Positions 53,001-62,098 of a stretch of 64,000 nt of DNA are shown here, in pieces. The notes beneath the pieces were generated by a model. That model saw only the letters and a list, made by a program, of their open reading frames with translations, had not been told where the DNA came from and did not search any database. Every line of letters begins with the position of its first letter. Within the stretch, counting starts at the first letter, position 1. The DNA is from Nitrospiraceae bacterium (GTDB taxonomy: Bacteria; Nitrospirota; Thermodesulfovibrionia; UBA6902), in NCBI GenBank assembly GCA_003599025.1, contig QZIL01000002.1, forward strand, positions 1,371 through 65,370, read 5' to 3'. The position numbers and the translations under genes were made by a program.

Positions 53001-56000
53001 ATTGATGTAGAGATTGCCGCCTGCCCGGAGTGTAAGGACACCCGGCTCCTGTTCGCCGCCGAAGCGGACACCGCTCACGTCCCATTGCGTGTTCCAGTTG
53101 ATATCGCCGATGCTCACCACTTCGATGCCGGGAAGGTAGTGGAAGGAGGTGGTATCGGCGTCCACTTTGTTACTCAGCCTCTCGACAGGGGCATTTGCGT
53201 AGTGGGCATGAGCATCATCAAGCGCCGATGTAAAGTTAAAACCATCGTAGCCATACCTCCTGACGGCCTCCACGTAGAGCGCTGATGCGCCTGTTACAGA
53301 GTGGTTGAGTGAGATGGCGACATCTCTGAAACCTTCACTGTCATTTCTCCTGGCCCGCAGATAGACGATGCCGCCTTCGCTGCCGGACACATTTATCTCT
53401 TCCGCATTGACGATGACATCTCCTTCACTGGAACTGAGCTGAACATAACCACCCTCTCCGCCGTTTATTCCACCGGCTAAAATACTCCCATCGAGGTTGA
53501 GGTCATCTTGTGCATATAACTCTACTGTCCCGCCGTCCGGGTAGTAAGAACCCTCGTAAGCAGAGGCGTCAATTATCCCGTCAACATTGATTGCCCCACC
53601 GTCGGCAGTCAATTTGATCTTGTGCGCTTTTAACATCTCGCCGTTGTCAATGTCGATGTCTCCGGACCGGGCCCTGAGGTCGAGGGAAGCCGTGAAGCCG
53701 CCTTCTTCGACTTTACTGATCAGAGTAGAAAATTCAATGATCTCTTTCGCAAATTTATTCGTGTCAACGACCAGTGAGCCGCCGCGCCCGATGCTTTTAT
53801 CCTTTTTCTTTCCTGCGGCGCCCTTGACGTCGCCATAGATCATAACCCCTCCCACCGGCGCCGACAAGGTTATAATTCCTGCATCGCCCTGCGCACCGGC
53901 AGAGACATCGATGAGAGAGCCATTCTGCAGCTCGATTTTGCCGCTTTGTTCCTGTCCGGTTTCATCGATGAAGTTAGTTGCCAGGACCACACGCCCGCCG
54001 GGTGCGTCGTCAGTCCCCCGCGCAATGATCGAGCCGCCATCTTTCAAGATAATACCGTCTTCATCGCTGGGGGCCAGGAATTTGCCGTCTTCACCTTTTG
54101 CTCCCGCAGTTGTGAGTTTAATGTCCCCTCCGTCCACCTGCAGGACGGTCCCCAACTCGATTTTCCGTGCAGCAAACTCCAGTGTCCCGCCCGGGACACC
54201 GGTCGTCGCGGCCTGTCCATTATCCGGTCTCATCATCCTGATAAGGTTGGCCGGGTTGAGATCATTCTTGCCGGCCCCGGCAATCACACGAAAATCCGGC
54301 GGCTGATAGGTCCCTCCGGCCTCGTGGGCCGCGCCGGTCGTCACGCGTGCGGCTGTGATCTCAAGGTCGGCATTCCCCGTAGCAAGGCTCCCTTTCCCCT
54401 TGAAAACAACATCGCCTGCGCTGTTGAGCGCAATGGTCCTGAATCCTCCTAAAAGTATGTCTCCACTGCCCACTGTAACCTGTTCAGAGGCATTCACTGC
54501 AAAAATCCCCGCCTCTGTATCGTGCCCGGCGGTTGATGATGCATCCGTCCTGTCTCCTGAATTCGTGAGGGTAACTGCCGGCGCCGCAAGAGTAACTCCC
54601 GGACCATTATCTCCGATGATCCTTGCAGCGTCCATGGTAATGCTTTCTGCTGCGATAAGGTCATAGGCGTCCATAAACCTGATTTCTGTGGCAACGTCGG
54701 AATAACCTGCGATAAACGTCATGTCCTCAAACTGGCTGAATGCCTGAAGTAACTTCTTGTTCAGAAAAAGGCCGGCGTCATTTGATGTCTTCCGGGCCTC
54801 CGTGAATGTAATGGCCCGGCTTTTCAGCGTAATTGCACTGTTGTCCACCTGAAGGGCTCCCTGAATTTCATCTACTTTATTCACTTCGAAAATGATATTG
54901 TGGGCAGCATGCAAAAGGGAGTCCGGCCCGGCGGAAAGACTGCCCGGGGTATTCAGTGTGAGCACCCCTTCACCGCTGTCTTTATCTTTTTCCGTCCTGG
55001 CATAAAGCGTCGTGGGCCTCTCAGAGGTCCCCTCCATGATCGTAATATTGTCCCGGGCCGATACCGAGATGCCGGCTGCCTCCAGGTACGTTCCGCTTTC
55101 AAATATGATCGATTCCGTATTGAGCTTATCCTGCGGTGTATCAGGGTTCAGATATCCCAGTTCGACCTCTCTGAATTCCCTGTTTGACAGCCCGCGGGCG
55201 TCTATGGTTAATTTATCCTTCAGGTCCATGAGGTATGCAGTGGAATCAAAGCTGGTTTCGTAACCGAATCCACCGGGGAGAAGACTGCCGGTCATCTGCT
55301 CAACGCTTATGTTTTTGCCGCTCAGGGAGATTTTACCACCCCGGTAAATGGAGGCAAGCGGGCCGGCATTCAAGTCGCCGTCGATAATCGTAGTGTTCCC
55401 CTTGACTGTCAAATCCCCCGCATTACCCGCGATCATGCCCTGTTTGTCGAAATGCCCCTCTGTCATGACATCAGACGCGGACCTGACACTGTAGACCTGG
55501 GGCCGCGTGCCGAGTATCGTGGTGTCCGCAACGCCCGCATATCCGACGACCAGCGGATATCCATATTTCGACACCAACCACGGACCAGGGATGGATGGGC
55601 CGGCCTGAAGCTCGAGTATATAAGCCCCGGGCATGAAGGCATACCGCGCATTTTGTGCGTTCCCGGGGCCGAGCGGGACCATGGTATACATGCCCTCACT
55701 CAGACCACCCCCTCCCTTTAAATATACTGACGTCCCCGGCATCTGGAACCCGTTGTCCTTAAACACGATATAGCGGCCGCTCTTTTCAAGAGGATTACCG
55801 GTCCCTTCTATGCCCGGCAGGAACCTGTAGGCAAAAAATGAACCGCCGCCCGAGGCGTCAATCTTCGCTCCTTCACGGACAATGGTTTCATCAGCTTCGA
55901 GCTCAATACCCTTTTGGGGAAGAGTCTCTTGACCGAAAGGTAACGTTACGATATTTGTATCATCGGCGGCGTCGAACTGTCCCGGCTTCTTTTTGTCCTC

Positions 56001-59000
56001 GGTGACCCAGATGTTGTTGGAGTTGATCGCATCGTACAGTACCTCCGTATCTCCGGCGGTTGTCAAAACACTGCCCCCGGCCAGATAGATGCGGCTGCCG
56101 GCAGCGGTGGTAAGCGGGTTGTCATCATGATAAGGGTCCTCGTCGATGACAGCAGTTGTGAGTGTGATAGTCCCCAGGGGAGCTGCTAATGTGCCCCTGT
56201 GTTCGATCCCTGTGCCTGCCTCAACCGTAAGGTTTCCGCCTGCCGAGTAGATTGGACCGCCCGTACGTGTATCCGAGGGGAGAATGGTAATCTTGCCGTC
56301 GGCATGCAGGGTGTAATCAGAGTATATATTGGGATAGATTGTGCCGAGTGTATCCTGATACGTGTAAAAATTCCCCGGATAGATGCGGTCTGCTTTAAAA
56401 ATCATATCGCCTGCTGTGACAAGCTTGCCGGGTTTTACAAGCGCCTCTCCGGCTTTGCCTGAGAGCTTGTATGACGCCTGGCTCAGGCGAATGTCCCGCC
56501 TCGCTTCAATATGGACGTCCTTAAACCCGGTAAACTGCACGGTCCCGATCACATCGACCCATGTGCCTTTCAGGTTAATGAGAGCGTCTCCTGTCACGCC
56601 GCTTACCCCTGGTGTTTGTGTAACGGGGTAGTAACTGTTTGCCAGAACGATCCACGGCGCTTCAAGAGTCACCCCGTTCGACCCGGGACCCTCGATTTCC
56701 GGGGCATCGAGGGTCAACTTTCTGTTGAGTGCGACATTCATGGGCCCGCTGAACCGGAGAGATTTCCAGCTCCTCAGGGTCAGGTCATCGAAACCCAGGT
56801 CCTTATAACGGACAATGTCTTCGGCCCTGACAACCAGTGGATTGTTTTCATTTTGCCGGCTGATGGCCAGGGCGGCCCTCTTTATCCCTGCCATGTTCAC
56901 CCCGGTCTTCACATCGCCCATCCAGTCCATAGCATTTATGTAATTCAGAGTAAGGCTCCCGGGGTCTCCGGCCTCCTGGAAAGTGATAATGCTTCCATCC
57001 GCGGCCCTTATCCTGTTCTCGATTCTTTCAGACCCGGAGATGTCAATAATGGAACCTTCCTCCAGGGTCACATTGTACCCCGTAAGGGTAACGCTCCCTG
57101 CCTTGACCGGCTGATAATTCACCTCAAAGCCCTTTGGCGTTGTTGAAGGATCAGGCCGGTTGTAGCCTCCGGCCAATATTCTCGCGGTCGATTTGATTAT
57201 CATATCCGCGCTATTGCCTTCACCTTTAAGATTGATCGCACCCCCGCGAGCTTCGAGTGTCCCTGCTATCGTAACAGAGGTTTTCGCCTTACCCGAACCT
57301 GAAAAAGTGATTTCCCCCCCGGGCGCCGTCCGGACCGAGGCCCTTTCGGAAACAGTAATTCCAGCCTGATCGACATCAATGTCGTGCTGTCTTAAATTTC
57401 CCTGGTTATATCCCGTGGCCCCGGTAAAGTCACTGCCGGCAGTCCCTTTGAAGGAAGATGTCCCGGCCATGTATGCCGTGGACTCACTGAGCCTGAGGAG
57501 ATCGGGCCGGACGGGGACCTCAGCGCCCGCGACATTTGCCGCCTGCAGGGCAGACACAGGGGCGTTCAGCCGTACCAGAGACGTGGAGATGGCAATGTCG
57601 GGATCTATAACAATGTCTCCATAACTTTTAAGCGTGATGTTCGTAAAGCCTGTATCGTCGAAGCGATCGCCGGCCAGCAGGAGCGTCCCGCTGTTCAGAT
57701 CATCTTTGTACAGACCGCCAGATGCCGCATTAAAACCCGACCAGTCATTCCCTTCGGACCCCACACGGATCTCCGTGGATGTCAAGGTGATGGAGCCTCC
57801 TGATATCTTCCCGCTCCCATCAGCCAGTGCATATCCCCGGAGATCTCCATCAAGCATGATATTCGATCCCTGGATGGTCAATGCGCCTGCATTCGCGCCC
57901 TTGACTTTGCCCCCGGGGTCAATAGAATAACCGCCGCTTACATCCGCAATGGCCCCGGCCTGTATGAAGACACCATCTCCCAAATCCGTTTCATCAAGAA
58001 TTTCAATAACGCCGCCCCCGGTCAGGCCGTATCTGAAATCGGTATTGCCTGCTTTTCCCGCATGAGTATTGTCGATCCTCTCCCCTGAAACATCCAGCAT
58101 GCTTCCTTGTCCGAGGACAATCCTCTCCTGCAGCGGAACAAAGCTGCCTTCCTCTTTAAGGTTCCCGTTATAATCCGTGGGACTTGTAAGGTTCTCCCTG
58201 ATTAACATCCTGATCGTACCGGCAGGCGCCTTAATCTTCCCTCTGTGCTCAATCCTGCGCGTATCAATTTCAAAAGCGCCTCCCGGCTGCAAAGTAATAC
58301 CGGCCCCCTGCGCCGTCTGGACAGTCTCCAGCGCCGCTAACTGTATGGTATCCAGTTTCGCGTCATTCAGGGTCTTCGCTGAAAGGACAGTAGGCTGTTT
58401 CTCCGGCAAGCTGGAATCAGGGGTGATACCGGAATGGGGTGATGTTTCGGAAAGGATTAATATAGAAGACGGCTGGCTGCTCAACGCTTCATTATATGTA
58501 TCAATATCGCCTAAGATAAACGTGCCTGCCTTCGGAGCTTCAAGGCCGCGCGCCGCAGAAATGGCATACTCCTCTGATCCCCTGTCTGTAGTTACAAGAT
58601 TCTGGTGAATTCCACGCATCACACTCCCGTCGAGCCGACCGTCCAGGTAGACCGTAGCCGCTTTCAACCTGAGTGTACCTGCATCGCCGCCCTTTAACTG
58701 GCTGGGGACATGCGTCTGCAGCGGAGATGCGCCGCCGTAATAAAGGCCGTAATATGAGTCCTTAGTGCCGAACCGTTCAAATACCTTCTCATACTGCCCG
58801 ATAGTCTTGTCATACCTGATATTCAAGGGGGCACTGCTGATATCATATATCTTCTTGCCTGACACTAATTTTGTTGAATTTATAAAACCCTCGGCATAGC
58901 GGGCCGCGCCGCCGGAAAAATCAAGCAGCGCCCCCTCTTTGATAATTATGTCGCCCGCATTGACTGTTATGTCTATCATCCCGGTCTGGGACTTCCACTT

Positions 59001-60473
59001 CCACGTTCCGGTTTTGTCGTCTTTTTCTTTTCTAAGGGCGCCCCCGATGCTGCGCTCCAGGGCCGTCCTTTCCCCGCTCAGGTACACCTGTGAAAGATCG
59101 CCGATGGCAGTGCCTGAAGTGACAGGGGTTGTGATCTTCATTCCCGGTACGAGACCGCTCTTCTGTCCATAGGCATCGCGGAGCTCGACACTGGTCAGTT
59201 TGAAGTCAGAGAGGATTGATGGAGGAAGATATGCCTCAACGCCGCTTACATCGATACGGCTGCCTGCTTCGAGATATACCCTCTGTCCGGCTTTCAGCAC
59301 GACATTTCCTGCAGGCGCAGTAACGGCCCCCCTCAGCTCGATCGAGCCTGCTGACGTCTCTGAAATACTGCCTTCAGGATCCAGAATATCCAGGCCCTTG
59401 ATGGTCACCTCAGGCTGGATAATAAATGTATCACTGACCGTTTCTGTTGTTGACGGGTTGACCGGAAGGGAGATTTCACTGTTCTTCCCTGTTGTTACTT
59501 TGCCTGCGGCCCTGAGCTCTACCTCTCCTTTGTTGTTCTTGAAGGCGGTCATGGACCGAATCGTCCCCATCTGATCAACAGCTCCTCCGTACATGCCTGC
59601 CAGTCCCCCATCGGCATACAGCCGTCCCCCTTCCTGGTTCACGGAATAGCCGGACCCGGCTTGTTTTACGATGACATAATAAGCCACTCTATTATTGTTA
59701 TGTACCAGATCTGCATCAGTACCCGCAATCAGGCCTATCTGCCCTGCCGGGGTGTTAATCACTCCGGCATTTTCTGTAAAAGGCCCGAGGAGAAAGACCT
59801 GCCCTCCGTCTTTGGCGTTTATCTCTCCATGGTTCGAGACGAAGGCGTTAGGATCAAGCGTTGCCGTGTCGTCAATCTCTTTGCGGTAATTCTCATGTTT
59901 GAATTTGAGGACGTTGCCGATAAAATCCTCATCCTTGATGTTCAAAGCCGAGGCCGCGAGGCTGCCGACGTTGATCCTGGAGCCAGGGCCGAAGAGGATG
60001 CCGTTCTGGTTTATGAGATATATCTTTCCGTCTGCTGTAAGTTTTCCTAAAATGTAGGAAGGGTCCTTGTCCCATATCCGGTTGAGGGCGGCCCAGTCTG
60101 CATTTCCCTTCTGGTCGAAACGGACCTCTGAATCAGCTCCGATATCAAAGGTCTTCCAGTTTATTATGGCCTTTTCTTCGGTCTGGTTAATTGTCATTTT
60201 ATTGCCCTGAATACCCGGCGTTTCCGCGCCCCTCTCAATGTTGTTTAACTCTGGAAGAGCATGCGCCGATGGTCCATTGAACGTCCTCATCCCCCCGGAA
60301 AAGCCGGGGATAGTGACCCCGGGACCTGTTTTATTGGGTAAATTTATATTAGGAGCCGCGGACTTTCCGCTGTATACGCCGGGTTGGGCGGCCAGTACGA
60401 AATCAGGAAGCAGCACAAGGAGGCACAAAATCACCCGGAGCATCTTGTCTATAAAGCCCTTTAACATATTCAT
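50067..60473 (-). CDS. Giant two-partner-secretion exoprotein (TpsA; filamentous haemagglutinin family), 3468 aa
   Basis: After the signal peptide, the N-terminal TPS domain reads NQTEEKAIINWKTFDIGADSEVRFDQ...ALNRI...SYILGKLTADGKIYLINQNGILFGPGSRINVGSLAASAL. About 3000 aa of Gly/Asp/Thr/Ala-rich beta-helix-type sequence follow. The conserved C-terminal region GDITIWSDEGNINAGRGS... is like the C-terminal domain of FHA-family proteins, and the acidic tail is QEEEEE. Confidence 0.9.
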   Translation of the reverse strand: MNMLKGFIDKMLRVILCLLVLLPDFVLAAQPGVYSGKSAAPNINLPNKTGPGVTIPGFSGGMRTFNGPSAHALPELNNIERGAETPGIQGNKMTINQTEEKAIINWKTFDIGADSEVRFDQKGNADWAALNRIWDKDPSYILGKLTADGKIYLINQNGILFGPGSRINVGSLAASALNIKDEDFIGNVLKFKHENYRKEIDDTATLDPNAFVSNHGEINAKDGGQVFLLGPFTENAGVINTPAGQIGLIAGTDADLVHNNNRVAYYVIVKQAGSGYSVNQEGGRLYADGGLAGMYGGAVDQMGTIRSMTAFKNNKGEVELRAAGKVTTGKNSEISLPVNPSTTETVSDTFIIQPEVTIKGLDILDPEGSISETSAGSIELRGAVTAPAGNVVLKAGQRVYLEAGSRIDVSGVEAYLPPSILSDFKLTSVELRDAYGQKSGLVPGMKITTPVTSGTAIGDLSQVYLSGERTALERSIGGALRKEKDDKTGTWKWKSQTGMIDITVNAGDIIIKEGALLDFSGGAARYAEGFINSTKLVSGKKIYDISSAPLNIRYDKTIGQYEKVFERFGTKDSYYGLYYGGASPLQTHVPSQLKGGDAGTLRLKAATVYLDGRLDGSVMRGIHQNLVTTDRGSEEYAISAARGLEAPKAGTFILGDIDTYNEALSSQPSSILILSETSPHSGITPDSSLPEKQPTVLSAKTLNDAKLDTIQLAALETVQTAQGAGITLQPGGAFEIDTRRIEHRGKIKAPAGTIRMLIRENLTSPTDYNGNLKEEGSFVPLQERIVLGQGSMLDVSGERIDNTHAGKAGNTDFRYGLTGGGVIEILDETDLGDGVFIQAGAIADVSGGYSIDPGGKVKGANAGALTIQGSNIMLDGDLRGYALADGSGKISGGSITLTSTEIRVGSEGNDWSGFNAASGGLYKDDLNSGTLLLAGDRFDDTGFTNITLKSYGDIVIDPDIAISTSLVRLNAPVSALQAANVAGAEVPVRPDLLRLSESTAYMAGTSSFKGTAGSDFTGATGYNQGNLRQHDIDVDQAGITVSERASVRTAPGGEITFSGSGKAKTSVTIAGTLEARGGAINLKGEGNSADMIIKSTARILAGGYNRPDPSTTPKGFEVNYQPVKAGSVTLTGYNVTLEEGSIIDISGSERIENRIRAADGSIITFQEAGDPGSLTLNYINAMDWMGDVKTGVNMAGIKRAALAISRQNENNPLVVRAEDIVRYKDLGFDDLTLRSWKSLRFSGPMNVALNRKLTLDAPEIEGPGSNGVTLEAPWIVLANSYYPVTQTPGVSGVTGDALINLKGTWVDVIGTVQFTGFKDVHIEARRDIRLSQASYKLSGKAGEALVKPGKLVTAGDMIFKADRIYPGNFYTYQDTLGTIYPNIYSDYTLHADGKITILPSDTRTGGPIYSAGGNLTVEAGTGIEHRGTLAAPLGTITLTTAVIDEDPYHDDNPLTTAAGSRIYLAGGSVLTTAGDTEVLYDAINSNNIWVTEDKKKPGQFDAADDTNIVTLPFGQETLPQKGIELEADETIVREGAKIDASGGGSFFAYRFLPGIEGTGNPLEKSGRYIVFKDNGFQMPGTSVYLKGGGGLSEGMYTMVPLGPGNAQNARYAFMPGAYILELQAGPSIPGPWLVSKYGYPLVVGYAGVADTTILGTRPQVYSVRSASDVMTEGHFDKQGMIAGNAGDLTVKGNTTIIDGDLNAGPLASIYRGGKISLSGKNISVEQMTGSLLPGGFGYETSFDSTAYLMDLKDKLTIDARGLSNREFREVELGYLNPDTPQDKLNTESIIFESGTYLEAAGISVSARDNITIMEGTSERPTTLYARTEKDKDSGEGVLTLNTPGSLSAGPDSLLHAAHNIIFEVNKVDEIQGALQVDNSAITLKSRAITFTEARKTSNDAGLFLNKKLLQAFSQFEDMTFIAGYSDVATEIRFMDAYDLIAAESITMDAARIIGDNGPGVTLAAPAVTLTNSGDRTDASSTAGHDTEAGIFAVNASEQVTVGSGDILLGGFRTIALNSAGDVVFKGKGSLATGNADLEITAARVTTGAAHEAGGTYQPPDFRVIAGAGKNDLNPANLIRMMRPDNGQAATTGVPGGTLEFAARKIELGTVLQVDGGDIKLTTAGAKGEDGKFLAPSDEDGIILKDGGSIIARGTDDAPGGRVVLATNFIDETGQEQSGKIELQNGSLIDVSAGAQGDAGIITLSAPVGGVMIYGDVKGAAGKKKDKSIGRGGSLVVDTNKFAKEIIEFSTLISKVEEGGFTASLDLRARSGDIDIDNGEMLKAHKIKLTADGGAINVDGIIDASAYEGSYYPDGGTVELYAQDDLNLDGSILAGGINGGEGGYVQLSSSEGDVIVNAEEINVSGSEGGIVYLRARRNDSEGFRDVAISLNHSVTGASALYVEAVRRYGYDGFNFTSALDDAHAHYANAPVERLSNKVDADTTSFHYLPGIEVVSIGDINWNTQWDVSGVRFGGEQEPGVLTLRAGGNLYINNNLVDHPTSLANLPGSAGRDSWAFNLVAGSYTVGAAPLAVVHGKGDLKIADQKVVYTEHAPVRFASGRDTLVGRGQDTPLGFMIDPTMRYNLASPYGDIQGDIGRDLIINGGAIQTATGDIAIDIGRDLQLNTAIVSGLSTLGAIRTTGMLRTDDTTDVDPPYDDPSSKPKPMLADKDNYFNTPNSNTLTYYWRYADGGNITLDVGRHVGTISNGEWTSAMPPATNAWDYFTPILKPGGSTRNNTVLEKYGWFSASYARQSVYTLSSPKEKKQFDTTSGLAAMGGGDLYIRTGSDFLTQAGAFGEGDLAIYAGGNVDGRLLNRMGQGEIHAMGNFGSADKSQQIELFDSRMSVAAEGAMKIGSVLNPSLASDQLNQYYWINCTYTQYTGISLKAGEDLTFAGVSPLYTPTGHDISKFAKILPANVEIKAGGNILLLSDDLTLTSSPDGRLRLDAGVDIVQAVRTASSYSGKAAGITMSDIAPKYWYGLFRVYKDLVSNGGLTWNTERTLYNHHGYFKPEDAVLQALASPLHSGDTREIGISAGRDIRNLGLYAAKKTEIRAGRDILDMTYEGQNISTGDVTMIKAGRDIRMQYEKKSKTGGLIQGGPGVFLVQAGNSIDLGTSNNAVVDQKLIYGGLQAIGNGNNVLLGTEKSTLVVLSGYDQNLPADMIRTFFDDIRDAGDQYAELLSEGKSAEAAELRETTRDATIKPLLGTPSGEGNINMIASQIGTSIGQSDIFVIAAGSMNLGKTALPIAGQKSDDFTGVWTGGGGAINIFTGYDVNVNESRIMTFYGGDITIWSDEGNINAGRGSRTAVSASPARMEEYPAGSGIYRKVFSPPVLGSGIRAVTFDPDGSGPLAMPEPGDIHLTAPSGVIDAGEAGITGGKIILAALEVKNSANISFSAGSVGVPQASTSGAALGGLTGGAGSVAQPGQMAGDATPGIAAERTAQAAQMIDDILMKWLDVKVIDLVQEEEEE

Positions 60474-60490
60474 TGGTCCCTCCAGGCCGA

Positions 60491-62092
60491 TTAAAAAATT
60501 GCCTTTACCAGAAAATGGACTCTCTGGTCGCCGCTCTTTATCCTGTCCGTCGACCTGAGGGCCACTGCCCAGTCCAGTTCGTATTCAATATTCTTTGTTA
60601 TCGAGCCCCGCACTCCTGCCCCCGCCCCCTCTATTTTTGTGCTCTTGTCCTGTCCGGGAAGCGGTGATTTGATGGACATTGCCGCCACGTCATAGAAGAT
60701 ATAGGGGCCCGTCCGGAGCCACTTTCCAATTCCGGTCGTTTCAACAGGGTCAGGGAAAGAGACCTCCAACGTACAATGCACACCGTTGTCTCCTGAGGCT
60801 TCGCTTTCTTTATATCCCCTCACGGTGTCCATGCCGCCTGCCGTATATTGCTCATTGTCGATAAGCGGCTGATCAGACACCTGTCCGTCCACTTTAGCGA
60901 AAAGGACCATTCCGAGCGGCAGCTTCTGTGTCCGCTGGATGCCCAGATTGGCATAGAGGTAATTTGCCCTTGCCTTGAAGCGCTTGTCCTCAAACTCCGT
61001 TTCCCTGGAGCCTAATCCGCGCAGGGACAGGTTAAGTCCCCCGCTGAACTGGGTCGTCCCGCCCAACTCATCAGGCAGTGAAGCGCTGTACGAAAGTGAG
61101 AGCGGCAGATACGAAACGGGGGTCTCCGTTGTCTCTCCGCTTTCTGTTGTGAAACCGACGGCCTGATCGAAATGCTTGTAATCTATGCCGAGTGTCATGT
61201 TATGGTCGTAGAGCTTATATGACGGCAGGGGCATCACATAGCGCGCCCCGAATATCTCCCCCTTGCCTGTCACCTTGAACCCCTCGCCGAACGCGGTGTC
61301 ACTGTCAGACCAGATGCCGTAAAACGCAAGCTGGCGGTCTTTGTCCCATGGCGACGGAAGTACATATGAAGCGCCCAGCACCTGCGCCTCCTTTATCTTC
61401 TGCGGCGATGCCTGGTACTGAAAGGACAGGCTGTGTTCCTTTTGCCAGAGATTGTCATAGCGGACCATGGCGTTCAGCCGCAGTTCAGACGTGTCATGAC
61501 TGGCCCTGTTGTTGAGCTCAAGGGAGCCGTGCAAAGGCAGACGGTCCTCAACTTTCAGCTCTATATCGATGGTCCCCGGTTTCTTTCCGGGGGACATACT
61601 CGGGGTGACCTTGAAATCAGGATTTCTGTTCAGGAAGGCGATATCACTCTGCACGTCCGGCAGATAGATTATCCTTCCCGGCCAGAGGGACTTCAGGTCC
61701 CTCATGACCTTCCCCGATGTAAAATACCGGTTTCCGGTGACCTTCACTTGCCCTATCCGTCCCTCTATTACCTCAAGCTTTACGATGTTGTCCTGCAATG
61801 TCTGTTCCGGGATATTCACGATCACCGAAGGATACCCTGCATTGTGATAGAGCCTCTCAAGGGCGTCCCGCGCCTTTTCTACGTCAGCAACTGTCTTTCC
61901 GGTGCCGGTGAAGGGCATAACGGCGGCCCTCAGCTCAAGCGGGGACAAAAGGCTGTTCCCTGTTATTTCAAAATCCCTGATCATAAATCCTATGTCCTCG
62001 TTGTCCGCAGCCGGGCATTCTTCATGCGCCAGCGCATTGATCACAAAAATAGCAGCCATAAGATAGAAGATGAACGGAGTAATCCTCTTCAT
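60491..62092 (-). CDS. TpsB transporter (ShlB/FhaC/HecB family; POTRA domains plus Omp85-type barrel)
   Basis: POTRA reads IRDFEITGNSLLSPLELRAAVMPFTGTGKTVADVEKARDALERLYHNAGY. A second POTRA follows, then a barrel containing the TAGGMDTVRGY (VRGY/F L6 loop) motif and a terminal Phe (LVKAIF). Confidence 0.9.
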   Translation of the reverse strand: MKRITPFIFYLMAAIFVINALAHEECPAADNEDIGFMIRDFEITGNSLLSPLELRAAVMPFTGTGKTVADVEKARDALERLYHNAGYPSVIVNIPEQTLQDNIVKLEVIEGRIGQVKVTGNRYFTSGKVMRDLKSLWPGRIIYLPDVQSDIAFLNRNPDFKVTPSMSPGKKPGTIDIELKVEDRLPLHGSLELNNRASHDTSELRLNAMVRYDNLWQKEHSLSFQYQASPQKIKEAQVLGASYVLPSPWDKDRQLAFYGIWSDSDTAFGEGFKVTGKGEIFGARYVMPLPSYKLYDHNMTLGIDYKHFDQAVGFTTESGETTETPVSYLPLSLSYSASLPDELGGTTQFSGGLNLSLRGLGSRETEFEDKRFKARANYLYANLGIQRTQKLPLGMVLFAKVDGQVSDQPLIDNEQYTAGGMDTVRGYKESEASGDNGVHCTLEVSFPDPVETTGIGKWLRTGPYIFYDVAAMSIKSPLPGQDKSTKIEGAGAGVRGSITKNIEYELDWAVALRSTDRIKSGDQRVHFLVKAIF

Positions 62093-62098
62093 CTTTCG

